Assembly: GCA_964016885.1 (NCBI GenBank)
Contig: OZ024752.1
Span: forward strand, 47,182,001 to 47,246,000
Origin: Eledone cirrhosa
Lineage: Eukaryota
DNA length: 64,000 nucleotides
Direction of reading: 5' to 3'
Notes under the pieces: model-generated
What the model saw: the letters and a program-made list of their open reading frames with translations, nothing else
Databases searched by the model: none
Told to the model about the DNA's origin: nothing
Made by a program: the position numbers and the translations under genes
In this document: piece after piece, positions 52,713-64,000 of the stretch
How positions within the stretch are numbered: the stretch's first letter is position 1
Layout: each line of letters begins with the position of its first letter

Positions 52713-53829
52713 GCTGACTATGCTTGCTGGTCACAACTCTCTTGGGAGAAAGGAGAGGGATTTGAACTCAGAATTCACAGGATTGGACCAGATATTGCAA
52801 AGCATTTCACCTTGTACTTTAACAAATCAATCAATCCACCACCACTTTAATTACCAACCCCAAGAGGATAAAAGACCAAGTTGACTTCAATGGAATTTGA
52901 ATTCAGAGTGCAATAGAAGATGAACACGGGTAATCAAGAGGAAGATCGTCAGTGATATAAACCTATTTCAGTCACAGGAAGGGCCCATAGAAGTAGTTCA
53001 TAGCTTCTGCTATCTAGGTGACTTAATTAGCAGCAGAGGAGGGTGTACAGAGAGCATAAGAGCTAGAATAAGGATAGGATGGAAAAAAGTTTAGAGAGCT
53101 ACTCCCACTGTTGACTACAAAAGGTTTCTCCCTATGTTCAAAAGGATGACTGTATGACGCCTGTGTGCGATGCTGTATCGTAGTGAAACATGGGCTGTGA
53201 CCACAGAGGATATGTGTAGACTGGAGAGAAATAAAGCAACCATGCTTCATTGGATGTGCAATAAAAGTGTGAGAGAAAGGCAGAGCTTAGACCAGAGCTG
53301 AAATGACTCTTACACACAGTTATTCTTTTCTTCACCCACTTATTCCTGAGAGGGTCGTGGGGACAGAGTCCTCAAACACTCCTTCCAGCGGGTCCTGTCA
53401 GAAGCAACCATCTCCAACTGATCCGGCTGGATCCCCAAGCGTGACCATCCAAGCTCATGGATGTTATCCAACCATCTTGCTCGAGGTCTACCCCTGGGTC
53501 TCTTGCCGGTTGGTTTTGCCTGTAAAATCTGTCCAGCGATTCTTTCCTGTGACATTCTAACCACATGTCCATAGTATCTCGGAGCTGTGATCTCTCAATT
53601 CGAAGGAGTAACCATGTATTGACTGGTCACTTTACTGGTTGGTGTTGTTTAGACTCTGATCAGCCCTGGTTTGACTTCATTGGTCAACTAAACTGTATTG
53701 GCGGGGTCTACCCCTGGGCATCCTACCTATTGGTTTCACCCATAAAATCTGTCCAGCAATTCTTTCCTGAGACATTCTAACCACATAACCACACTATAAT
53801 TGTTTTAATTTCAACACAGCTTTTGACAA

Positions 53830-54200
53830 ACAAATACAATTGGGGATCAAATGACTCTTCCATGATGTCATTGCTGCAGATACAAACTATGCAGTGTGGA
53901 AATGCCTCAACAAATTAAGATCTTGTGTTGGCCGTGCAAAAGCCAATCTGACAAAAATGGAGACATTTAAAGGATGGGGACGTTGTGTATGACTGCGGCT
54001 TCGAACCACAGACTATGCAGCACCTCCTGATATGCCCCTTGCTGGAACACCCCTGCACAACATTGAACTTGGCGGAGTTTAATGAAGAAGGACAACAATG
54101 TGTTCAGCTGTGGCAGAACCACATCCAACCAAGCTTCATAGCCGACACTCTTGTGGACATGATAAGAAGAAGAATAGATGATCCCAGGCAAGTACATCTC
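53830..54200 (+). mobile_element. Ingi/Vingi-like LINE 3' end
   Basis: WKCLNKLRSCVGRAKANLTK..DCGFEPQTMQHLLICP, a C-terminal CCHC-like motif. Confidence 0.6.
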
Positions 54201-55372
54201 TGAAAGATGACATCTAACCAAGCTTCATAGCCGACACTCTTGTGAACATGATAAGAAGAAGAATAGATGATCCCAGGCAAGTACATCTCTGAAAGATGAC
54301 ATCTAACCAAGCTTCATAGCCGACACTCTTGTGGACATGATAAGAAGAAGAATAGATGATCCCAGGCAAGTACATCTCTGAAAGATGACATCTAACCAAG
54401 CTTCATAGCCGACACTCTTGTGGACATGATAAGAAGAAGAATAGATGATCCCAGGCAAGTACATCTCTGAAAGATGACATGACATCTAACCAAGCTTCAT
54501 AGCCGACACTCTTGTGGACATGATAAGAAGAAGAATAGATGATCCCAGGCAAGTACATCTCTGAAAGATGACATCTAACCAAGCTTCATAGCCGACACTC
54601 TTGTGAACATGATAAGAAGAAGAATAGATGATCCCAGGCAAGTACATCTCTGAAAGATGACATCTAACCAAGCTTCATAGCCGACACTCTTGTGGACATG
54701 ATAAGAAGAAGAATAGATGATCCCAGGCAAGTACATCTCTGAAAGATGACATCTAACCAAGCTTCATAGCCGACACTCTTGTGGACATGATAAGAAGAAG
54801 AATAGATGATCCCAGGCAAGTACATCTCTGAAAGATGACATCTAACCAAGCTTCATAGCCGACACTCTTGTGAACATGATAAGAAGAAGAATAGATGATC
54901 CCAGGCAAGTACATCTCTGAAAGATGACATCTAACCAAGCTTCATAGCCGACACTCTTGTGGACATGATAAGAAGAAGAATAGATGATCCCAGGCAAGTA
55001 CATCTCTGAAAGATGACATCTAACCAAGCTTCATAGCCGACACTCTTGTGGACATGATAAGAAGAAGAATAGATGATCCCAGGCAAGTACATCTCTGAAA
55101 GATGACATCTAACCAAGCTTCATAGCCGACACTCTTGTGGACATGATAAGAAGAAGAATAGATGATCCCAGGCAAGTACATCTCTGAAAGATGACATCTA
55201 ACCAAGCTTCATAGCCGACACTCTTGTGGACATGATAAGAAGAAGAATAGATGATCCCAGGCAAGTACATCTCTGAAAGATGACATCTAACCAAGCTTCA
55301 TAGCCGACACTCTTGTGGACATGATAAGAAGAAGAATAGATGATCCCAGGCAAGTACATCTCTGAAAGATGA
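54120..55372. repeat. Tandem array, 89-bp unit, about 14 copies, LINE 3' end
   Basis: ORF-track periodicity of 89. Confidence 0.95.
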
Positions 55373-55396
55373 GTAATTAGTCCCAATAAAGGATAC

Positions 55397-55522
55397 GTCC
55401 TGGTAAGACAGGCTTTATGTTGACAAAGGCAAAGGATAATGGAGTTTTCAGAAATACTTGGGATGATGGAATTTCAACGTGACCAAACTGATATGTTGGT
55501 TGTTCATCTATAGTGGTACTTT
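55397..55522 (-). CDS. NitFhit: NitFhit exon (linker and start of Fhit)
   Basis: (E)STTIDEQPTYQFGHVEIPSSQVFLKTPLSFAFVNIKPVLPG(H), like FHIT FG..[21 protein letters not shown]; donor GTATCCTTT. Confidence 0.95.
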
Positions 55523-57340
55523 CTAGAAAACAAAGATAAAATCCTTCAGATTATTTCAATTAATTCTTAGCATGCTGTAGCAGAAAGTATTTAAAAACAG
55601 GTTCGGTAATTCAGATTTTTATAGCATTTTTACAAGTGGACAGATATTGGTGAAAATTTTCAGTGAACTTGAGTAAAGACTTTTTTCTTCTTCTCCCACT
55701 TAATTCTGGGAGGGTCGTGGGGGCAGAGACTTAGGGTTTTCAAGGCTAACCACTACTTTAACAGGGAAGATGACTTTAAAATGCTTGTTGTATTACATTC
55801 TGCATACAGGTAAAATACCATTATAATGAATTTTTCAGTATAACAAGTTTTTTTTGAATCCCCAAGGTAATAACAAATACACTTCATTTGTTTCCGTCAA
55901 TCCCATTATAAAGAATTTTTCGTTACGAGGAATTTTTTTTTTTATATCCCGTGAATTTCGTTATAACAGAATTTCACTATAGTAGGTAGCCATAGAAACC
56001 ATGACAAGATGTGATTCCCTGACCAGTTCAGTGTTGGACTGTGATGACTTGATCAACCCATGCCAGCATGGAAAGTGGTGGGAGAATTGCATATGTATAT
56101 ATATATACATATATATACATATATATAACAGAGCTTTGTAGCTTGCTTGATTAGGAACACAAATTTAAATAATTTTGAAAACCAAACAATGCATTAGAAA
56201 GAAAATTAAATTTCTAACATAACAAAAGAATTTGCAAATTTAATGATCCCAAATATTTCCGGGTTTAAAAGGTAAGATTCTTTTGTTATCTTAGCGAGTT
56301 GTGCTGGTGACAAGAAAAGTACCCAGTTCACCCTGTTGGGCGGTCATGCTGATGACACAAGAAAACATGTACTCAGTTCACTCTGTAAAGTGGTTGTGCT
56401 GGTGACACAACAAAAACGACCCAATCTACACTGTAATGTGGTTGGTGTTACGAAGGACATCTACTCATAGAAACAAAATGAAAATACAGATCTGTATGAA
56501 CAAGATGTGGTCTCTTGACCCTATTTGTCTCATAATATGACAACCTGTCTAACCCATGCAAGCATGGAAATTGGACATTAAACAATAATAATGATTTCTA
56601 GTACAGGCACAAGGCCAGCAATTTGGGTTGAGGGGAAAGTCGATTAAATTGATCCCAGTATGTTACTGGTGCTTTATTTTATCAACCCTATAAGGATGAA
56701 AGGCAAAGTTAACCTCGGCGGGAGTTGAAATCAGACCGTAAAGGGCCGTAACTCTATGTTGCAAAGCATGGCGTCCGACCCTCTACCGATACTGCCAATC
56801 CACTGCCCTAATAATAATAACAATAATAATTGTTTCTGCTTTTGGCACAAGGCCAGCAATTAAATCAGTGCATTACTGGTACTTTATTTTATCGACCCCC
56901 TTAAGGATGAAAGGCAAAGTTAACCTTGGCGGGATTTGAACTCAGATCATAAAGGGAGGTAACTCTATGCTTCAAAGCATGGCGTCCGACCCTCGACTGA
57001 TACTGCCAATCCACCGCCCTAATAATAATAACAATAATAATGATAATGCACAGAAGTGGTAAGTATAAATGAGATACGGATTTGTTCCATTTACAATTTA
57101 GCAAAGTTTAACCCTTTAGCATTTAAACCGGCCATATCCAGCCAGAATTCTCTCACCTCTTTCTGTTCAAACCGGCTGTAACTGGCCACTCGTACTGATA
57201 TTAAGGTTCTCAAAATAAGTAACATCAAAATCTCGTACATTTGATACTATGTGAAATAATTATGTAAGATAAAGCCTTTACTGTGAAAATACAATAGTAA
57301 ATATTGAATAATGTAAATGCTAAAGGGTTAAGATTCTTAC

Positions 57341-57503
57341 CAGCGGAGAAGGAATATATCTGATTATAAAGATCGTGACGTCTGTGTTGCCACACGGGCA
57401 TTTCCGCTCGCACATCATGTAATAAATCCATGTTTATTTCTGTAGTACATAACCCTATTCCTTTACTACATTCAGCAACAATAGTTCCCCATGGATCAAT
57501 CAC
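57341..57503 (-). CDS. NitFhit: NitFhit exon (end of Nit domain)
   Basis: VIDPWGTIVAEC..VRAEMPVWQHRRHDLY..FSA, with no stop; phase-1 donor continues into the Fhit exon. Confidence 0.95.
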
Positions 57504-58536
57504 CTATTCAAATATACAGATGTTTCAATAGATTTCATGAAATGCTTCAATAGATTTAATGAAATTTTTTATTTTTTAAGTTTCTAAAATTTTATTTACA
57601 TAAATACAGGCATTTATTTAACAGATATGGAATGTTGTTCAATAAAATGTACAGAAAAAGAAAGCAGCATTAGAAAGGACTATAAATGCCATAAATGAGA
57701 GGAAAAAAAGGTAAAAGAGCAAGGACTATTAGCTAATGGAAGAAACATAGGGAGAAGGGGAGAGGGTGATGGATGATTCTACACCTACGTCAGAGTGGTG
57801 TGTTGGCTGTGCACTGCAGACAAAATTACAATTATCTTGAGAGATAAAGCCTTTACCGTGAAAATACAATAGTATATATAGCGTAATCTAAATATTAAAG
57901 GGTTATATTAGCTGTATCAGGCCTGAATTCTCTCACCTCTTTCTGTTCAAACCGTCCGTAACTGGCCACCCATACTGATATTAAGGTATTGTTCTCAAAA
58001 TAAACATCAAAATCTCATAGATTCAATATTATGGGAGATAATTATGCAAGGTAAAGCCTTTAGCACAAGAATACAATAGTATATGTGTTGTGTGTGTGTG
58101 ACAGCTCACACCTATGCAGGTTTAGCTGGCCTACTCCAAGGTATATCTCGTTGGAGGTGTCTTGGGTGATTTAATGATAGGGACCCCAGTCCTATCATCT
58201 CATTTCTACAGCAGAGTAAACTGGAGCAACGTGAAATAAAGTGTCTTGCTCAAGGAAACAACACATCACCCGGTCCGAGAATTGAACTCACAACCTTTCG
58301 ATTGCAAGCCCAATGCTCTAACCACTAAGCCACGCGCCTTCACAATAGTATATATAGAGTAATGTAAATGCTAAAGGGTAAAAGGTTATGGTAAAAATAC
58401 TTTCCCAAGATACCACACAGTGGGATTAAATCTGGAACCTTATGATTGCGAAGTAAACTTCTCAGTAAGACGAGCCACAAAGATGCTAATGTCTAAACTC
58501 TAATTTTAGAAAGATTATTTCTCTTCTTGTACTCAC

Positions 58537-58638
58537 CATTGCATGTCCATATGATGCTCGTTTTTTATTATGTCTGCCAACTTGTGCAGCTGCAACAACA
58601 TAGCACTGCGTTTCAATAGCTCGGCTCCGAAGTAAAGA
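58537..58638 (-). CDS. NitFhit: NitFhit exon
   Basis: [34 protein letters not shown]; cag| and |gtgagt. Confidence 0.96.
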
Positions 58639-58829
58639 CTGGAAATATAGTAAACATTGTTATATATTTAAAAAAATTATTTTATCATCATCATCATCAC
58701 CATTTTAAATCCATTTCTCCACGCTAGTATTTGTTTTGTAAACCCTTTGTGGTCAATAAAGAAAACAATTATATACTTGTATAGATTCACACACACACAT
58801 ACAAAGAGGCATGTGCAGACACAGACAGA

Positions 58830-59948
58830 CATAGACAGAAACACAGCTTCTAGACCTCTATCAGTTCTGACAGATATAGACAGAAACATATCTGCTAGAC
58901 TTCCATCAGTTCTGACAGATATAGACAGAGACCCAGAAACACAGCTGCTAGACTTCTATCAGTTCTGACAGATATAGACAGAAACATATCTGCTAGACAT
59001 CCATCAATTCTGACAGACATAGGCAGAAACATGTCTCCTAGACTTCCATCAGTTCTGACAGACAGACAGACACACAGCTGCTAGACTTCCATCAGTTCTG
59101 ACAGATAACAGATATAGACAGACACACAGCTGCTAGACTTCTATCAGTTCTGACAGATATAGACAGAAACATATCTGCTAGACTTCCATCAGTTCTGACA
59201 GATATAGACAGAGACCCAGACACACAGCTGCTAGACTTCCATCAGTTCTGACAGATATAGACAGAGACCCAGACACACAGCTGCTAGACTTCCATCAGTT
59301 CTGACAGATATAGACAGAGACCCAGACACACAGCTGCTAGACTTCTATCAGTTCTGACAGATATAGACAGAGACCCAGACACACAGCTGCTAGACTTCTA
59401 TCAGTTCTGACAGATATAGACAGAGACCCAGACACACAGCTGCTAGACTTCCATCAGTTCTGACAGATATAGACAGAGACCCAGACACACAGCTGCTAGA
59501 CTTCCATCAGTTCTGACAGATATAGACAGAGACCCAGACACACAGCTGCTAGACTTCCATCAGCTCTGACAGATATAGACAGAGCCCCAGACACACAGCT
59601 GCTAGACTTCTATCAGTTCTGACAGATATAGACAGACCCAGACACACAGCTGCTAGACTTCTATCAGTTCTGACAGATATAGACAGAGACCCAGACACAC
59701 AACTGTTAGACTTCTATCAGTTCTGACAGATATAGACAGAGACCCAGACACACAGCTGCTAGACTTCTATCAGTTCTGACAGATATAGACAGAGACCCAG
59801 ACACACAACTGCTAGACTTCTATCAGTTCTGACAGATATAGACAGAGACCCAGACACACAACTGCTAGACTTCTATCAGTTCTGACAGATATAGACAGAG
59901 ACCCAGACACACAACTGCTAGACTTCTATCAGTTCTGACAGATATAGG
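58830..59948. repeat. Tandem array, ~53-bp unit with shorter variants
   Basis: Spacing 59221 to 59274. Confidence 0.92.
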
Positions 59949-60136
59949 CTTAAACATGAGTAACAAGAAGTAGAGAGAGACAAATGAGTTGAGAGCACCT
60001 GAATGGAGGTGACATGAGTTGGTCTGTAATAACTGGTCCAACCCATGCTAGCATGAACAAAAAAAAAAAATGGATGTAAAATGATGATAAGAAGAAAGAA
60101 GACAGAAAAGCTAAAAGAAAGGTAAATGACACTTAC

Positions 60137-60247
60137 TTCCCAGTGAGCAATGCCAGTAGGTTCCATGAAAGCAGAAGGGTAGGTCAGTATTTCTGCACCC
60201 TGTCTGGCCAAAATCAAAGATAATTCTGGGAAACGTAAATCATAACA
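60137..60247 (-). CDS. NitFhit: NitFhit exon (nitrilase catalytic Cys)
   Basis: CYDLRFPELSLILARQGAEILTYPSAFMEPTGIAHWE. Confidence 0.96.
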
Positions 60248-60510
60248 CTTACAACAAAGTCAAGGAAAAAAAAAAAAATAACATAGAAAGAGAGAGAGAG
60301 AAAGGAGGGGAGGGGAAGAAGAGAGGGGGGGGGGGGAAGAGGTAGTAAGATGTAATTGGGAGATAAATTGTATTTTTTTTTTGTCTAAAAAAACAACAAC
60401 AAAAACTACAGAATTCTTCTTTTTAACTCTTTGGAAACGGAGCCTCATTTGGAGTTTTAGTGCCAAGAAGACGGAGCCCTTTTCACAAGCCCTACTGAGG
60501 GTATGCACTT

Positions 60511-60548
<38 letters not shown>

Positions 60549-60750
60549 CAGAACACAACAAACTATCATGGCCGCTGCTATTGAAAGGCCCAGATGTACA
60601 AGAAATGTGAGAAGCAATCAGATTGGCTGGTGCAAAGACAAGTCAGCTAATCTCAAGGGCTGATGGATTGGCCCAGTCGTCTCTTAAGGGTTAATAACTA
60701 ATAAAAACATCCTCTTAGAAACACTATTGCGATGTCATGATTGTGTAACA

Positions 60751-61274
60751 CAGTGGTTTCCAACCCTTTTTATACCACAGACCGGCTTCATGCCAGGAAT
60801 CTTTCCGCGGACCGGTAATTGGACATACGTGTTATTTAAGTGCATTTCGTTAACCTTTTAGTATTTACATTACTCTATATTTAATATTATATTTTCGTGG
60901 TAAAGGCTTTATCTTACATAATTACCTCACATAATATCGAATCTATGAGATTTTGATGTTATCTATTTTGAGAAACAATACCTTAACATCAGTATGAGTG
61001 GCCGGTTATGGCCGATTTGAAAAGAAAGAGGTGAGAGAATTCTGGCCGGATACAGCTGGTTTAAATGCTAAAGGGTTAAAGAGAGCAATGATAAAAAGAG
61101 AAATTTATTAAAGTAGATGAACATTGAATATTTAAACAAATCTTTTAAAAGTAAAGTCCAATATTCAATTTATCTATTATATAATTTTAAACAAGTTAAT
61201 TATTTCTTTGCGGCCCGGTAGCAAATGATCCACAGAATGGTACTGGTCCACGGCTCGGTGGTTGGGGACCTCTG
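60751..61274. mobile_element. hAT-type MITE with a nested piggyBac MITE
   Basis: Ends CAGTGGTTTCCAACC and GGTTGGGGACCTCTG; 8-bp TSD GTGTAACA. Confidence 0.85.
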
Positions 61275-61420
61275 GTGTAACAGACTAACAAAGAATGCAT
61301 TACAAACATTATAATATATATTGAGCTCTGGTGTCATGCAGTAATACAGAAGACTCGACTTCCCACGGAAACAAGCCGAAGCTGAAGCATAAAGACAATA
61401 TGCCCCCCCCCCCCTCCTCC

Positions 61421-62270
61421 CACTGTAAAGTGGTCGTGGAGGCGCCATGGAAAAAAAGCACCCAGCACTCACTGTAAAGTGGTCGTGGAGGTGCCACGGA
61501 AAAAAAGCACCCAGCACTCACTGTAAAGTGGGCGTGGAGGTGCCACGGAAAAAAAGCACCCAGCACTCACTGTAAAGTGGTCGTGGAGGTGCCACGGAAA
61601 AAAAGCACCCAGCACTCACTGTAAAGTGGTCGTGGAGGCGCCATGGAAAAAAAGCACCCAGCACTCACTGTAAAGTGGTCGTGGAGGCGCCATGGAAAAA
61701 AAGCACCCAGCACTCACTGTAAAGTGGTCGTAGAGGTGCCACGGAAAAAAAGCACCCAGCACTCACTGTAAAGTGGTCGTGGAGGCGCCATGGAAAAAAA
61801 GCACCCAGCACTCACTGTAAAGTGGTCGTAGAGGTGCCACGGAAAAAAAGCACCCAGCACTCACTGTAAAGTGGGCGTGGAGGCGTCACGGAAAAAAAAA
61901 GCACCCAGCTCTCACTGTAAAGTGGTCGTGGAGGCGCCATGGAAAAAAAGCACCCAGCACTCACTGTAAAGTGGTCGTAGAGGTGCCACGGAAAAAAAGC
62001 ACCCAGCACTCACTGTAAAGTGGTCGTGGAGGCGCCATGGAAAAAAAGCACCCAGCACTCACTGTAAAGTGGTCGTAGAGGTGCCACGGAAAAAAAGCAC
62101 CCAGCACTCACTGTAAAGTGGTCGTGGAGGCGTCACGGAAAAAAAAAGCACCCAGCTCTCACTGTAAAGTGGTCGTGGAGGTGCCACGGAAAAAAAGCAC
62201 CCAGCTCTCACTGTAAAGTGGCCGTGAAGGCGCCACGGAAAAAAAAAGCACCCAACACTCACTGTAAATG
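61421..62270. repeat. Tandem array, 49-51-bp unit, about 17 copies, SINE-internal minisatellite
   Basis: CACTGTAAAGTGGTCGTGGAGG..GCACCCAGCACT. Confidence 0.93.
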
Positions 62271-62469
62271 AGGTTGGTGTTAGGAAGGGCATCCAGCTGC
62301 AGAAATCAAGCCAGGATCAGTTCCCGTATGAGCAAGACATGGTCAGCCAACCTGACATTGTCCACAACAGGACAACCCGTCTAACCCATGCTAGTGTGGA
62401 AGAACGGACGTAAAACGGTGATGATGATGACGACGATGATGATGATGATGATGATTGAGGAAAGGATAC

Positions 62470-62664
62470 AATTGCCAAGCCAACTTTCCCAACAGGTGTC
62501 ACCACCGGTGGCTTTATACAGTCACCAGCTGTTGTATAGTCACTCTCATGTAGACGCAGGCCTTTGATATCCACATTAAACAAATGAATCTTCTCATAGG
62601 CTGAAACTACTTGGCCGTCATTGTTGATAACAACGTGGGTATTTTTCACAAACTGGTCTGTGTT
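62470..62664 (-). CDS. NitFhit: NitFhit exon (nitrilase catalytic Lys)
   Basis: NTDQFVKNTHVVINNDG..YEKIHLFNVD..ESDYT..TPVGKVGLAI; donor GTATCCTTT. Confidence 0.95.
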
Positions 62665-63244
62665 CTGGAAGCAAAATATGACAATAAATAATAATTGTTT
62701 CTACTTTAGGCACAAGGCCAGCAATTACCCCAGTACATTACTGGTACTTTATGTTATCGACCCCGTAAGGATGAAAGGCAAAGTTAACCTCGGCGGGATA
62801 TGATAATGTAACAATTGTTTCTACATTTAGGCACAAGGCCAGCAATTACCCCAGTGCATTACTGGTACTTTATTTTATCGACCCCGTAAGGATGAAAGGC
62901 AAAGTTAACCTCGGCGGGATTTGATAATGTAACAATTGTTTCTTCTTTAGGCACGAGGCCAGCAATTACCCCAGTACATTAGTGGTACTTTATTTTATCG
63001 ACCCCGTAAGGATGAAAGGCAAAGTTAACCTTGGCGGGATTTGAACTCAGACTGCAAAGGGCCATAACTCCATGCCACAAAGCATGGCGTCTGACGTTCT
63101 ACCGACCCCATAAGGATGAAAGGCAAAGTTAACCTCAGCCAGATTTGAACTCAGAATGAAAATTATTTTAAAGAAAGAATTTTAATAAAAAAAAAAAAAG
63201 AATAAAAACAAATAACAAAGAAAAAAGAAAAGAAAATGAAATAC

Positions 63245-63400
63245 CTTTTGATGAAATCCACCTAATGATAACCATATTTGAAAATCTTTTGCAACGTTTT
63301 TGTATCTGGATATTAAATCGCCATTAAGACTCTCAGATTGTTCCAAAGACTGTTTTATAGATTCTCCAACATAATCAAAGCACTCTGGAAAAAATACCAT
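63245..63400 (-). CDS. NitFhit: NitFhit exon (nitrilase catalytic Glu)
   Basis: MVFFPECFDYVG..IWLSLGGFHQK, Nit1-type; cag| and |gtattt; upstream exons lie outside the window. Confidence 0.93.
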
Positions 63401-63439
63401 CTGAAATATCAAAAGACAATTTTTTTTCATTTAGCCCTT

Positions 63440-63935
63440 TAGCATTTACATTACTCTGTATATCTATATATACTATATTTTCATGGTAAAGGCTTTACCT
63501 CACATATTATCTCACATAGCATTTACATTACTCTATATTTACTATTGTATTTTCACAGTAAAGGCTTTACCTCACATAATATCTCACATAGCATTTACAT
63601 TACTCTATATTTACTATTGTATTTTCATGGCAAAGGCTTTACCTCACATATTATCTCACATAGCATTTACATTACTCTATATTTACTATTGTATTTTCAC
63701 AGTAAAGGCTTTACCTCACATAATATCTCACATAGCATTTACATTACTCTATATTTACTATTGTATTTTCATGGTAAAGGCTTTACCTCACATATTATCT
63801 CACATAGCATTTACATTACTCTATATTTACTATTGTATTTTCACAATAAAGGCTTTACCTCACATAGCATTTACATTACTACGCTACATTTACTATTGTA
63901 TTTTCACAGTAAAGGCTTTACCTCACATAATATCA
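63440..63935. repeat. Tandem array, ~72-bp unit, about 7 copies, MITE terminal segment
   Basis: TAGCATTTACATTACTCTATATTTACTATTG.. repeated inside a piggyBac MITE. Confidence 0.9.
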
Positions 63936-64000
63936 AATCTATGAGATTTTGATATTTATTTTGAGAACAATACCTTAACATCAGTCAGAGTGGCCAGTAC

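Larger units (their letters stand above)
51449..55396 (-). other. U12-type GT-AG intron in the Fhit domain
   Basis: 5' splice site GTATCCTTT; branch site TTCCTTAAT at 51470-51462, close to the AG. Confidence 0.92.
60248..62469 (-). other. U12-type (minor spliceosome) GT-AG intron in the Nit domain
   Basis: 5' splice site GTATCCTTT; branch site TTCCTTGAC at 60267-60259, about 11 nt from the 3' end. Confidence 0.92.

Noticed and set aside
54104-55386. Series of 61-aa ORFs
   Set aside because: Periodic translations of the 89-bp array

Overview
AT-rich, repeat-dense animal genomic DNA, probably from an octopod cephalopod (inferred from the SINE and RTE tail families). Three spliced genes were reconstructed by hand with phase-consistent junctions. 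(1) The first four coding exons of DCAF1/VprBP (minus strand, 5467-1375) run off the left edge. (2) An apparently complete 8-exon plus-strand gene (19990-44726, about 1031 aa) encodes a signal peptide, two tandem class-C-GPCR-type Venus flytrap (VFT) domains, one TM helix and a ~28-aa tail. No cysteine-rich or 7TM domain was found. (3) Nine coding exons of a NitFhit (Nit1-Fhit fusion) gene (minus strand, 63400-48155; 5' end beyond the window) contain two U12-type introns. The 6.9-19 kb intergenic region holds several long fold-back elements in (TA)n tracts whose arms carry type I hammerhead ribozyme folds, consistent with Penelope-like pLTR remnants. A ~575-bp-arm inverted duplication lies right after the receptor stop codon. 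Introns in the right half are filled with tandem arrays (48-132 bp units), many amplified from SINE, LINE or MITE pieces. piggyBac-, hAT- and pogo-type MITEs, Helitrons, tRNA SINEs and RTE/CR1/Vingi-like LINE fragments are also present. Repeat boundaries are approximate; exon boundaries were read base by base.
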